This document shows positions 11,196-21,107 of a stretch of 63,578 bases of DNA, in pieces; the stretch's first letter is position 1; every line of letters starts with the position of its first letter. Under the pieces are notes generated by a model. It was not told the origin of the DNA. It did no database searches and saw only the letters and a list, made by a program, of their open reading frames with translations. The position numbers were made by a program, and so were the translations under genes. Origin of the DNA: a virus. Where the stretch lies: IMG/VR virus record IMGVR_UViG_3300030497_000009; one strand, 5' to 3'.

Positions 11196-13232
11196 ATGAG
11201 ACGACCAGACTTAAGTAATTATCCTGGATTCCCATCAAAGGCGAGTAACCGCCAAGAGTTCGTAAGTACAGCTAATCAGGCTGTATTTACGCTCTCAAAC
11301 GGTTCTTACGTTGTGGGAACTAAAACCCTAGACGTTTATGTGGAAGGCGTATTACAGCCACCCAGCGCGTTTACAGAGGTCAGCCCCACAAGCTTCCAAC
11401 TACTCGATCCTGTACCAGCCGGTTTAACCGTCGTAGCTGAATGGCTAGAAGGAAAAGTTCCGGTAGTATTCGGCCATAAAAGCTCTCACGAAAAGGGTGG
11501 GCAGGATGAAATAGATATTACAAAGTTAAAGAACTACAGTGAAAAGGTTGCTGGCTCTTCTGAAAATGCTGTGTACGCTGTGAACTACAAGACAGACACA
11601 AATAGTTGGAACACAGCTATAACAAACGCGATTGCTGATGCCTCAACAAAGGGCAGAAGCGTTATCCTACCGGCATTAACAATTGTTTTAACAGCTCCAA
11701 TTATTCTAAAAAGTAATGTGAATATTATCGGTCAAAGAGGGCGCACGATTATAACGGCTACAACAAGTATGACAGCAGCGTTTATGAATGGTAGTGAGAA
11801 ACTAGAAAACGTTACTTTTGACGGCATAACTTTCATCGGAGGAACTGTAGATGAAGGACAAACTGTTCCAAAACGAGCACGTGTAATCAATCCAAGTTTC
11901 AGTCATGCTGTTCGTGTTAACGGTGATTTAGTAGTAGGAGAGACCAACCCTATTGTACGTAATATCTCAGTCGAAAACTGTGAGTGTAAAAACATCGGGT
12001 CACTACCTATCTTCTTCCGAGGTGTTCGTGGTAAATCAAAAATCAATAACACCCTATTTGATAACAACCTCGATGTTGGTTGGGTTTTCTGTGAGCGCGT
12101 AATTTGTACGAATAACGAAGCATACCGTTCAGCTGACAACGGTTTCAGTATAAGCCGTGGAAACCAAAACGTTGTGTGCACTAACAACACCGTTGACCTA
12201 GCTTGTTATGCCGGTATCTGGTTAGCCGGATGGGAGAATCCATATCCACAAGATACCTCCGTTTCCTATGTCGGACCGAAAACTTTCACTTGTACAGGAA
12301 ACGTCATTACAAACTCTGGACAATTTGGAATTAAGCTTACTGACGCACCAATGTACGGTTCCGTGGTTGGAAATACAATCAACGCTGTGTATCGAGGAAA
12401 TACAGACCAACCAGAAAACAACGCTGGTATCGGGATTTCTATCGCTGGTTTCCCTTATATCTCAACTCCTGACACACCTACTGATTACGCGGTAGGACTT
12501 GTTGTAACAGCTAATACGATTGTATCACCTAACCGTGGTGGAATCAAAGTTATGGGCGCTAAACACGTTAACGTTCACGGAAACTTGATAATTGATGCTG
12601 GAACACAGTACTACGTTGTAGACTCAGCACAACCTACGCCTAATACAGCTATAGGAACAGCTAACAAGGATCAAAACTTTGGGGTTTCACTAGATAACTT
12701 GCGAGGAAACACCGTTAGTAACGTCTACGTGTATCACAATACAGTCGTTGACACAAGAACAACACCGTTTACAAATTATGCATTAGTAGCGACTGGAACT
12801 TCAAATTGTGAGTTCAGAGGTAACAAAGCAGTTAACACGAGAAACTCGTTGGCTAGTGGCATGACTCAGGACTCAGCTAGAACGAACACCTTTGAGAACC
12901 ACATAACGGCTCTAGGAACTTCAACGAATAACGCGTATATAATCGCTGACACGGAAGGGTACAAAAGACTTGGACTTATAAAAAGAACGGGACAAAACCC
13001 TCAAATTGGAGCTGGAAACACAATTGGTGCAATTGACTTCGTTTTCGCTGACAAACAAAATCTTGATGACCCAACAGCAGCTTTTGCTAGAACGTTCTCG
13101 ATGTACAGTGGAGGGTACTTCTTCTTGAAAAACGGTTTCATATGGTTTGACTCTACAGGTAACTTACGAAAGAAATCCGGAACTGTTCCGCCTACAAGTG
13201 ATACAGACGGCGTAATTGTTTCAGCAGTCTAA
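11196..13232 (+). CDS. Tailspike, right-handed beta-helix
   Basis: Shared N-terminal module and NosD/pectin-lyase-like repeats (VICTNN, VVGNTI, VHGNLI). Confidence 0.78.
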   Translation: MRRPDLSNYPGFPSKASNRQEFVSTANQAVFTLSNGSYVVGTKTLDVYVEGVLQPPSAFTEVSPTSFQLLDPVPAGLTVVAEWLEGKVPVVFGHKSSHEKGGQDEIDITKLKNYSEKVAGSSENAVYAVNYKTDTNSWNTAITNAIADASTKGRSVILPALTIVLTAPIILKSNVNIIGQRGRTIITATTSMTAAFMNGSEKLENVTFDGITFIGGTVDEGQTVPKRARVINPSFSHAVRVNGDLVVGETNPIVRNISVENCECKNIGSLPIFFRGVRGKSKINNTLFDNNLDVGWVFCERVICTNNEAYRSADNGFSISRGNQNVVCTNNTVDLACYAGIWLAGWENPYPQDTSVSYVGPKTFTCTGNVITNSGQFGIKLTDAPMYGSVVGNTINAVYRGNTDQPENNAGIGISIAGFPYISTPDTPTDYAVGLVVTANTIVSPNRGGIKVMGAKHVNVHGNLIIDAGTQYYVVDSAQPTPNTAIGTANKDQNFGVSLDNLRGNTVSNVYVYHNTVVDTRTTPFTNYALVATGTSNCEFRGNKAVNTRNSLASGMTQDSARTNTFENHITALGTSTNNAYIIADTEGYKRLGLIKRTGQNPQIGAGNTIGAIDFVFADKQNLDDPTAAFARTFSMYSGGYFFLKNGFIWFDSTGNLRKKSGTVPPTSDTDGVIVSAV

Positions 13233-13244
13233 GGAGGAGATTAA

Positions 13245-15083
13245 ATGGGACGTTCAGATATTACTAAATATCCTGGCATAGCTGAGAAGTTTCAGCAGTT
13301 AGAAAAAGCGATTAACCAGCAGGACTTTACAGCCACAGCCAACCAAGATACGTTCACGATTACGAATGGTTCATATGCTGTTGGTACGAAAACGTTAAGT
13401 GTGTACATCGAAGGGGTTCTTTTACCCCTTGATGCTTACACAGAAGTAAACTCTACAACGTTTAAGCTTATCTCACCTTTAAACGCAGGTGACCTTGTAA
13501 CGGCTCGTTGGCTAGAAGGTAAGCTCCCTGTAGCTTTTGGTCATAAAAGCTCTCACGAAAAGGGTGGGCAGGATGAGCTAGATATTACAAAGTTGAAGGG
13601 CTACGATGAGTCAGTTGGAATCCTTCAAAAGCGAACGTTTGGTACACTAAACGTTAAAGAATATGGAGCTATCGGGGATGGTGTCAGCCACCCAGTTTAC
13701 CCTTCTGTATTTGCTACTTTGACTGACCTTCAATACAAGTATCCTTATATTACAAACGCGTATCTGACTAGCATAGGAGTTGACCCTGCAACTACAGCTT
13801 GGAGAACACTAGAAGTTGACTGGTGTGCTATAACTCAAGCGTTGTTGGAAGCAAAGCAAGCTAACAACGTTTATGGAAGAAGTTACACCGTTTTAGTTCC
13901 TATCGGGAGTTACATCTGTAGACATCCATTCCAACTTTACAGTGGACTAACTTTGACTGGGTCAGCCGGTATAAACGGAAACGAGTTTGACAACAGAACG
14001 TCTATTTGGAATGGTGCGACAGACACGTTTGTGTTCAACGGGGCTGACGTCACTGACATCTGTATAGCAGGATTGACATTCAGCTCTAGCACCGTAACGG
14101 TAGGGGCTACAAACTGGATTCAAGCTCAAGACACGGCAACAGGTTACATCATTAGATACTCTAACATTTACAACTGTGCGTTCAAATACTTCAACTATGT
14201 TATCAGTGGACGAATTCTAGGTACACGATTCTACAAAAATAATATTAACAACGGTACGCACGCTTTAAAACTTTCAGGTTCAGACTCGATGATTGAGCAG
14301 AACTACATCGCTGTTCAACCTAACAATGATGCGACGTTCTTCATCGTTGAGCTCAGTGCGTTTACCCTTAACAGGTTCACAAATAACTTTATAACAGGTA
14401 GAAAGTCAATGGCTCTTAAATGCTATAAAGTATACGCAACGGTCATCGATAAGAACTGGTTTGACTACACTGATGCTTCTGGTGTATTCATTCAAGAGTC
14501 GAAAAGCACCCAGTTTACCAATAACTTCTTTGGAAGAAACTGTACAGCTGCCTTTTCATTCTATACTGGGGCAGTGACAATATATGACAGCACCGAGCTT
14601 CTTTTTGAGGGGAACACATTCTATCAACAGCCAGCTGGTATAACTCAGTTCTCTCTTCGAAAAAGTTTAACTGGTTGTTCAAAGATTACGATTCAAGGTA
14701 ACGCCTATGACACCCAGCCTTTGAGTATAAACGTTCCTAGCGCTGAAGAAGCTTTCATAACTGATATCACCGTTAATGAAGCTGGCTCAAAGTACTCCAG
14801 TGGAAACGCACGCTACAACTGGTTCCCTATCGGAAAATCTTACTTTGACACAGCTATCAAGCGTGAGGTTATCTATGAAGGAAGTGGGAAATGGAGAAGT
14901 CACGTTGGTTGTCTAGCTTGGAGTCCTAACAGTAGCTTTTCTGTGGGGGATCGAGTGGTTACGAATAATAACGTTTATGACTGCACGGTTTCTGGAACGA
15001 CAGGTGCTACCAACCCTGTTCACACTACAGGTACTGGAGCTGACGGGACTGTAACTTGGTCATACGTTAAATCAATTATATAA
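13245..15083 (+). CDS. Tailspike, beta-helix with C-terminal CBM5/12-like module
   Basis: Shared N-terminal module, YGAIGDGVSHP..VDWCAITQA neck, and C-terminal AWSPNSSFSVGDRVVTNNNVYDC. Confidence 0.78.
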   Translation: MGRSDITKYPGIAEKFQQLEKAINQQDFTATANQDTFTITNGSYAVGTKTLSVYIEGVLLPLDAYTEVNSTTFKLISPLNAGDLVTARWLEGKLPVAFGHKSSHEKGGQDELDITKLKGYDESVGILQKRTFGTLNVKEYGAIGDGVSHPVYPSVFATLTDLQYKYPYITNAYLTSIGVDPATTAWRTLEVDWCAITQALLEAKQANNVYGRSYTVLVPIGSYICRHPFQLYSGLTLTGSAGINGNEFDNRTSIWNGATDTFVFNGADVTDICIAGLTFSSSTVTVGATNWIQAQDTATGYIIRYSNIYNCAFKYFNYVISGRILGTRFYKNNINNGTHALKLSGSDSMIEQNYIAVQPNNDATFFIVELSAFTLNRFTNNFITGRKSMALKCYKVYATVIDKNWFDYTDASGVFIQESKSTQFTNNFFGRNCTAAFSFYTGAVTIYDSTELLFEGNTFYQQPAGITQFSLRKSLTGCSKITIQGNAYDTQPLSINVPSAEEAFITDITVNEAGSKYSSGNARYNWFPIGKSYFDTAIKREVIYEGSGKWRSHVGCLAWSPNSSFSVGDRVVTNNNVYDCTVSGTTGATNPVHTTGTGADGTVTWSYVKSII

Positions 15084-15095
15084 GGAGGAGATTAA

Positions 15096-16904
15096 ATGGC
15101 TAGATTTCCAGATTTGTCACGTTATCCTGGCATGCCGGCTAACTTTAAAGCGGTAAACAAACAGGAATTTACAGCTACAGCAAACCAAAGTGTCTTCACA
15201 ATTACCAACGGCTCTTATGTCGTTGGTTCTAAGACGCTAGAAGTCGTTGTAAAGGGGATTACGCAACCTCCTAGCGCTTATACCGAAACGAGCGCAACGA
15301 GCTTTACACTATCCGAACCAGTCCCAGCAGGAACCAGAGTCGTAGCGAGCTGGCTAGAGGGTAAATTGCCGGTTGCTTTTGGACATAAAAGCTCGCACGA
15401 GCTGGGTGGGCAGGATGAGCTAGATATTACGAAGCTAAAGAACTATAATGAGACAGTTGGGAGAACAAAATATTTCGTCAACGCGAAAGACTATGGTGCT
15501 ACTGGAAACGGTTCAGATGAGTCTGTGCTGTTACAGCTAGCTATGGACGCTGTTCCCAGTGGAGGTGAGTTTCACATACCTTCAGACTCAACGTTTGTGG
15601 GTGACATCACCTTGAAACAACCAAACGTAAAGATAACTGGTAAAGGCAAATTAAAAGGGCGGATTATAGTTAATGCACCATTAGCCGTTCAAGAAATGAT
15701 TTTTGAGGTGAGGGGTGTCACTATTGATAACACAGACCTAACTAAGAACGGCATCGAGATAGTAAGAGCACGACGTGGTTTTATTACTGGGTGCACGTTT
15801 ATGAACTGTGATAAAGCAATTGTCTCGACGCCACCTTCAGGAGCAGCTGACCACAGCATAGGACAGGTTATCATTGACGCCAACCACTTTTACAATGTAA
15901 ACTACGCTTTCTACATCGGCAAGGGTAGTAACTCCTCTTGGATGATAACAAACGATTGTCACTTTACAAATAACATCGTAAACGTAGCAAAGAAAACACA
16001 CGTTTACTGTGAAACAATAGACGGTCTGTTGCTGAATGGTAATACTTTCTTTTTCCCGAACTACGCATCTAGAGACCTAAACAAGGAGTACAACGTTTAT
16101 ATAGGGCAGTCTGACTGGATAAGCATCTTGGATAATAACCTATTTGAAGCAGGGTTTGACGCGATTAAACTTGTAAACCCAAAACGGTTCAGCATAATTG
16201 GTAATAGATTTGCTTGGTTTGGACAAAGACAACCTTCTGATGGAATTAACATCACCGGCTCTTCTTCCCATAAAGGAGTCATAAACAGCAATGTATTCTC
16301 CTACCCTAGCAAGCACGCTGTTACGATAGACCAAAACGGGGAGGTTTCCTTTAATGGTAACATTGTTGAATACGTTGCTTCTCCAGTTAGTTACTATGGT
16401 GCTACAGACCTAGCTACTATCGACCATTATGCGCTTTACGTTTCGGATACTACACCAATATCTAAGAAGGTGGAGACACGAGGTAATGTTCATCAGGGAC
16501 TCCATATCTATAACAAGGGAAAGACACCTTATCGTTTTGTTGGTCTGAGGGAGAGATTCTTCTTCAAGAGTATTACAACGGTGGACACACCTATTTGTTC
16601 TTTAGGTTCCGACAACGGTGACACCGTTCAGTACGATGGTGTTGTGGTTTTAACAGCTAGAAACACGGATTCGTTATCCGGTAACACAGCGACTTACTAT
16701 CTTGCAATAGGAAAACACATAGTTAACAGCAAAGTTGATGTGCTCTGGAGTAGTGGACTGACCACAGGAGGAAGTGCAAACCACCCTAGCTTTACGTTTT
16801 CTTTGGATACAACCAACAACCAACTACTTGCAAGTCCAGTGTCCAACACAAGCGGAACATTTTACTTTTATGCAACTGTACTCCATAACTTAACACTATC
16901 ATAA
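15096..16904 (+). CDS. Tailspike, right-handed beta-helix
   Basis: Shared N-terminal module, VNAKDYGATGNGSDES, beta-helix repeats. Confidence 0.78.
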   Translation: MARFPDLSRYPGMPANFKAVNKQEFTATANQSVFTITNGSYVVGSKTLEVVVKGITQPPSAYTETSATSFTLSEPVPAGTRVVASWLEGKLPVAFGHKSSHELGGQDELDITKLKNYNETVGRTKYFVNAKDYGATGNGSDESVLLQLAMDAVPSGGEFHIPSDSTFVGDITLKQPNVKITGKGKLKGRIIVNAPLAVQEMIFEVRGVTIDNTDLTKNGIEIVRARRGFITGCTFMNCDKAIVSTPPSGAADHSIGQVIIDANHFYNVNYAFYIGKGSNSSWMITNDCHFTNNIVNVAKKTHVYCETIDGLLLNGNTFFFPNYASRDLNKEYNVYIGQSDWISILDNNLFEAGFDAIKLVNPKRFSIIGNRFAWFGQRQPSDGINITGSSSHKGVINSNVFSYPSKHAVTIDQNGEVSFNGNIVEYVASPVSYYGATDLATIDHYALYVSDTTPISKKVETRGNVHQGLHIYNKGKTPYRFVGLRERFFFKSITTVDTPICSLGSDNGDTVQYDGVVVLTARNTDSLSGNTATYYLAIGKHIVNSKVDVLWSSGLTTGGSANHPSFTFSLDTTNNQLLASPVSNTSGTFYFYATVLHNLTLS

Positions 16905-16918
16905 AGGAGGAATGACCT

Positions 16919-18487
16919 ATGCCATTAGAAAGACCAGATAAGTTCATGCTGGGCAGTGATGTCCAGCAACCCATTCAAGATAACACCGATAAAATAGCTG
17001 ATATTCGAAACGTCCTGATGACTGTCAAATATTTTGGAGCGATAGGGGATGGAACTTCGCACCCTTTATCTCAAAAGTATGCTACATTAGCTGAAGCTCA
17101 AGTAGTTTACCCTCACGCCACAGCGCTTACAGATGAGATTGACTGGTGCGCGATTCAGAAGGCTGTAAACGCAACCTATGACGTGCGCATCCCTAACGGG
17201 GTGTACATGGTAAACAAAACGGTTGTTTTTAGAAATGACATCCGTATTTCTGGGATGGCTGGAAAGAACGCTTCAGCAATTAAAGCTGTAGCAAGCTGGG
17301 ATAACGTGGCCAACCCCTCAGTTGTTAAAATGAACGGTAGCGGAAGCATCCTACGTGACATAAATATCTCTTGCACAGCGATTACGGATGACACAAAGAA
17401 ACCAGATTGCATACTAATTGCGAAGGACAGCGCCACAAGTAGCAACCTTCCTTGGGAAGCTAGCTTGTACAACGTAGTTACGAATGGTGGTCTCAACGGG
17501 TTACACATCAAGGAAGGTCTTGAGACGCACATCACACGTTGTCAGTTTAAAACGGCTATCGGTGCCGGAGTTTATGCTGAACAACCTGACGTTTACGCAA
17601 ACGATGTTTCAACAGATGGTTGTAAGAACGGGCTTAAAACACTTGGTGGATCAGTTACAGCCCATCACTTCCACGCTATCAACTCAACACAAGATGGTTT
17701 TTACTTGGAGGGTGCTGACTTCTGCCAGTTAACCGACTGTCACGCGGACACAAGTGGTTGGTCAGGTTACAAACTTGTGAATACGAAACGTATCATGATG
17801 ACAGCATGCTGGTCTTTCGATAGCAGTGCGGCTTCTGGACAAACAAATGTGTACTCTGACTGGTCTTTCACCAACGTTACAAATAGTTTGTTTACAAACT
17901 GTAACTCAAAAGGTGCTACTGTCGAAACACAAGGGTACTTGACTAAGGCTTCTATGTACTTTGATTCGACTAGTGTTGGAAACCACTTCGTAAACTGCCA
18001 CGCTAACACAACTCCGTGGGGAGCAGGTTCAGATAACGGATCAGAAGCTATAATGAACAGAAACAGATTTGTTTCTTGTACAGGTGCGCTAGCTCGTTAC
18101 AATGCTAAAGAAAACACTTCAAAGCATGCGTTTACTCTGTCGGCTGGTACAAGTAATACAGCGAATAGTTATTTGTTCTTCAGCCCTGCGTTGACATCAA
18201 ATGCTATGATTGTAGAGGTTAGAATCACAGCTAGGGAAACCAACGCACCCAAGAAGTTATACTTTGGGAGAGCCTACAAAGCTATAACAAATGACACAAC
18301 AGCAGCAGAAATGACCATGGTTGACCTGTTGGGTTCAGATGCTACTGATGCTAAAAACTTTACCCTAACAGTAGCTTTGCATTCAGATGGTGACAAGGTA
18401 AGTGTAACTATAACAAACAACTCTGCTCAGATTGTTAACTATGGGGTGGAAATTGAATACATGCACCCACCTAAATTTACGGCTTAG
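16919..18487 (+). CDS. Tailspike/depolymerase, beta-helix
   Basis: FGAIGDGTSHPLSQKYATLAEAQVVYPHATALTDEIDWCAIQKA tailspike neck motif and beta-helix repeats. Lacks the shared module. Confidence 0.78.
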   Translation: MPLERPDKFMLGSDVQQPIQDNTDKIADIRNVLMTVKYFGAIGDGTSHPLSQKYATLAEAQVVYPHATALTDEIDWCAIQKAVNATYDVRIPNGVYMVNKTVVFRNDIRISGMAGKNASAIKAVASWDNVANPSVVKMNGSGSILRDINISCTAITDDTKKPDCILIAKDSATSSNLPWEASLYNVVTNGGLNGLHIKEGLETHITRCQFKTAIGAGVYAEQPDVYANDVSTDGCKNGLKTLGGSVTAHHFHAINSTQDGFYLEGADFCQLTDCHADTSGWSGYKLVNTKRIMMTACWSFDSSAASGQTNVYSDWSFTNVTNSLFTNCNSKGATVETQGYLTKASMYFDSTSVGNHFVNCHANTTPWGAGSDNGSEAIMNRNRFVSCTGALARYNAKENTSKHAFTLSAGTSNTANSYLFFSPALTSNAMIVEVRITARETNAPKKLYFGRAYKAITNDTTAAEMTMVDLLGSDATDAKNFTLTVALHSDGDKVSVTITNNSAQIVNYGVEIEYMHPPKFTA

Positions 18488-18718
18488 TTGTACATTAACA
18501 AGCTGACAAGAACTTTTTTACCCCGTAATAAAAGACATGTAAATATATAATATCATGTATATACTTGTATAATGAATATAATGTACAAGTATGTACATAC
18601 ATAATCTATTCAAATACTACGTATTTGAAGGCTAGCGCCACAACTTAATATTTTATGTACAGGTAGGAGTATATTGTCTTCTACCTGTTTTTATTAGGTA
18701 CTTAGGAGGTTATAAAGA
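18488..18718. other. AT-rich intergenic region with palindromes; candidate replication origin
   Basis: Very AT-rich. Recurring TGTACA/TGTATA, hairpins TTCAAATAC/GTATTTGAA and ACAGGTAG/CTACCTGT. Lies between the structural and replication modules. Confidence 0.4.
18666..18697 (+). promoter_or_regulatory. Phage-specific (middle-type) promoter motif
   Basis: GGAGTA-N20-TATTAG upstream of the helicase; one of 13 copies. Confidence 0.6.
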
Positions 18719-20455
18719 ATGACTAAACTTATTATCGATAATGTGTTTACGAAGGTTGAGAGCAGTGATGTAGACCTGCTTAATTTTATAGACTCCGAGC
18801 TTGCTATTAAAGACAAGCGATGTTTTTTCGATCCTGAGTTCAAGAATGGTAGGTGGGATGGGTATGTTAGGTTCTTTAATCGAGATACGAACACCTTCCC
18901 TACTGGATTACTCTACAAGCTCTTAGATTTACCTGAGAACGATTTTGAGTTGGTAGATAACCGAAAGTATACGAAACGAGTTATTCCGGCTGAGATTGAC
19001 TTGTACGAGCCTGACGCTCCTGAAGGTAAGATAACTCTACGAGACTACCAATACTTGGCAGTTTACAACGCGATGGATAAGTTACGCGGTATTGTGAATG
19101 TGGCAACGAACGGTGGTAAAACTGAGATAGCTTCCGGCTTGATTAAGGTGATTCTTCCTACGCTTAAGAAAGAGGAGAGAATCATTTTCGTCACGCATTC
19201 TAAGGAGATTATGCATCAGAGTGCTGAGCGGATAGCCCGTCGCCTTAACATAAACGTTGGTAAGATTGGTGATGGTATTTGGAATCTTGAGCAGGTGTCC
19301 GTCGTGATGGTTCCTACGATAGCTCGTAATCTGAAAGCGATTGATGGTGCGATAACTTATCGAGGTGAAATGTCTGGTGTGAAACTTATTCTAGACTTAG
19401 CCGGTTCAGCTATCACGAAGAATGGGTATGGACACAGGCAGACTCTCCTTAACCTGTTAGCCGTAGTGGAAGATGAATACCGAAAGTTACAGCGACGTGA
19501 AGAGCCTTGCAAAGATGAAGAAAGAGCTATCGATATACTTACTGCTACGTTGGCCAATGAGAAGACCGACAAGGGCATTTATAAGCTCGTAGAGAAGATG
19601 AAGAAGTCTTTAGCTAAGTACGAAGAAAAAGAGCTGAGAAAGAAAAAAGAGAAGACTGCGATGGCTAAGGAAATCTTGGAGAGCGTTCGATGCTTTATCA
19701 TTGACGAAGCGCATCACGCCTCCTCAAGTACCTTTATTGACACGCTAAACGCGTGTACGAATGCCGTGTACAGAATCGGGTTAACTGGCACTATTGACGA
19801 GAAGAACGAAATTAACATGTTAAAGCTATTTGGAGTTACGGGAAAACCTGTTGTCCAAATCAAAAATGAGCTTCTAATAGAACGGGGCTACTCTGCTAAA
19901 CCAACTATTCTGATGACTCCCATAAAAACTCCTAAGCTTGGAAAAGCTAACTTTCAAGTTGCATACCAGAAGGGTATCGTTGAAAACGCCTACAGAAATA
20001 AAGTAATCACAGAACAAGTAAAAAAGGAATACGACGAAGGGAAAGGCTGTCTTATCATTGTTAATCGTAAAGAGCACGGTGAGAACATAAAAGACAGACT
20101 TGAAGAAATGGGAGTTGAGTGTGAGTTTACTCACGGTTCCTACGAAAACCGTGAAGGTGTACTTAAAGATATGACTTCTGGTAAGCTAAAAGTTCTGATA
20201 GCAACTACTATTCTTGACGAGGGAGTAGATATTGCAGGAATAAACTGCCTTTGGATGGCTGCTGGAATGAAGTCGTACAGAATGGTGTTACAACGTGTCG
20301 GGCGTGGGCTTAGAAGGAAGGCAGACGGCAGTGGGCTGACAGTCTATGACTATCTTGATGACACGTCAGATTATTTAAAAAGTCACACCTACCAACGGTT
20401 TGCTTACTATAAGGAGGAAGGATTTGAGATTAGAAAGTATGAAGAAAATATTTGA
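18719..20455 (+). CDS. Superfamily 2 DEAH helicase (UvsW-like)
   Basis: LRDYQ, ATNGGKT, IIDEAHH, GLTGT, ILDEGVD and QRVGRGLR motifs. Confidence 0.92.
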   Translation: MTKLIIDNVFTKVESSDVDLLNFIDSELAIKDKRCFFDPEFKNGRWDGYVRFFNRDTNTFPTGLLYKLLDLPENDFELVDNRKYTKRVIPAEIDLYEPDAPEGKITLRDYQYLAVYNAMDKLRGIVNVATNGGKTEIASGLIKVILPTLKKEERIIFVTHSKEIMHQSAERIARRLNINVGKIGDGIWNLEQVSVVMVPTIARNLKAIDGAITYRGEMSGVKLILDLAGSAITKNGYGHRQTLLNLLAVVEDEYRKLQRREEPCKDEERAIDILTATLANEKTDKGIYKLVEKMKKSLAKYEEKELRKKKEKTAMAKEILESVRCFIIDEAHHASSSTFIDTLNACTNAVYRIGLTGTIDEKNEINMLKLFGVTGKPVVQIKNELLIERGYSAKPTILMTPIKTPKLGKANFQVAYQKGIVENAYRNKVITEQVKKEYDEGKGCLIIVNRKEHGENIKDRLEEMGVECEFTHGSYENREGVLKDMTSGKLKVLIATTILDEGVDIAGINCLWMAAGMKSYRMVLQRVGRGLRRKADGSGLTVYDYLDDTSDYLKSHTYQRFAYYKEEGFEIRKYEENI

Positions 20456-21107
20456 TGATGGCTGGGAACCACCCGATGCGTCTCATAACCATAAGCCGAT
20501 AGAATATGAAATAAACGAAAATGGTTGTTGGATTTGTGTATCACATGGAAACTACCACCCAAAGAGAAGACCTCGTGTGAAGCGCAATAGCAAAATGTTT
20601 AACATTCCTAGGTTGTCATACGAGTTTCACAATAACGAAAAGATACCGGAGGGTATGTATATTCTTCATTCTTGCGACAACAAGAAATGTTTGAATCCAG
20701 CCCACCTTCGAGTTGGAGACCAACAAGAGAACATGGATGACGCTAAAGAGCGTAACCGCGTAAACAGGGAACGTAAACGACTAGACGAGGTTTCTGCGTA
20801 TCAAATAAAATATCTTATTGCGTCAAGGATGTTCTCAGATAGGGAGATTGCAGAACAATACGGTGTCCAACAGAAAACAGTTCGCTCTATACGTATCGGA
20901 AAAAGATGGTTTGACCTTGTCTGTGAAACAAACTTTTCTGACAAGCATTTATCTAAAGCGAAAATGAATCAAAAGAAATTGCTGTCTCGTGAAGAGAAAC
21001 TGGAAGTTAAGAGATTATTAAGCGAGGGTTACGGAACTGGTGAGCTAGCTGAGCGCTTTGGAGTTTCCACCTCGACTATTAAACATATAAGGAGAAATTA
21101 TGAGTAA
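20439..21107 (+). CDS. Free-standing HNH homing endonuclease with C-terminal HTH domains
   Basis: GCW..; ILHSCDNKKCLNPAHL..G...NM.D motif, then two HTH-like segments (REIAEQYGV, ELAERFGVS). Overlaps both neighbours. Confidence 0.85.
   Translation: MKKIFDDGWEPPDASHNHKPIEYEINENGCWICVSHGNYHPKRRPRVKRNSKMFNIPRLSYEFHNNEKIPEGMYILHSCDNKKCLNPAHLRVGDQQENMDDAKERNRVNRERKRLDEVSAYQIKYLIASRMFSDREIAEQYGVQQKTVRSIRIGKRWFDLVCETNFSDKHLSKAKMNQKKLLSREEKLEVKRLLSEGYGTGELAERFGVSTSTIKHIRRNYE

Noticed and set aside
8155-15440. CRISPR array, DGR or invertible shufflon behind the tailspike repeats
   Set aside because: The repeats are in-frame, direct, kilobases apart and coding; no cas, reverse transcriptase or invertase gene is present.
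19320-19690. Intein in the helicase insertion (and in the RNR insertion near 33550-33790)
   Set aside because: No N-terminal Cys/Ser block, no C-terminal His-Asn and no LAGLIDADG motifs; these look like helical inserts.
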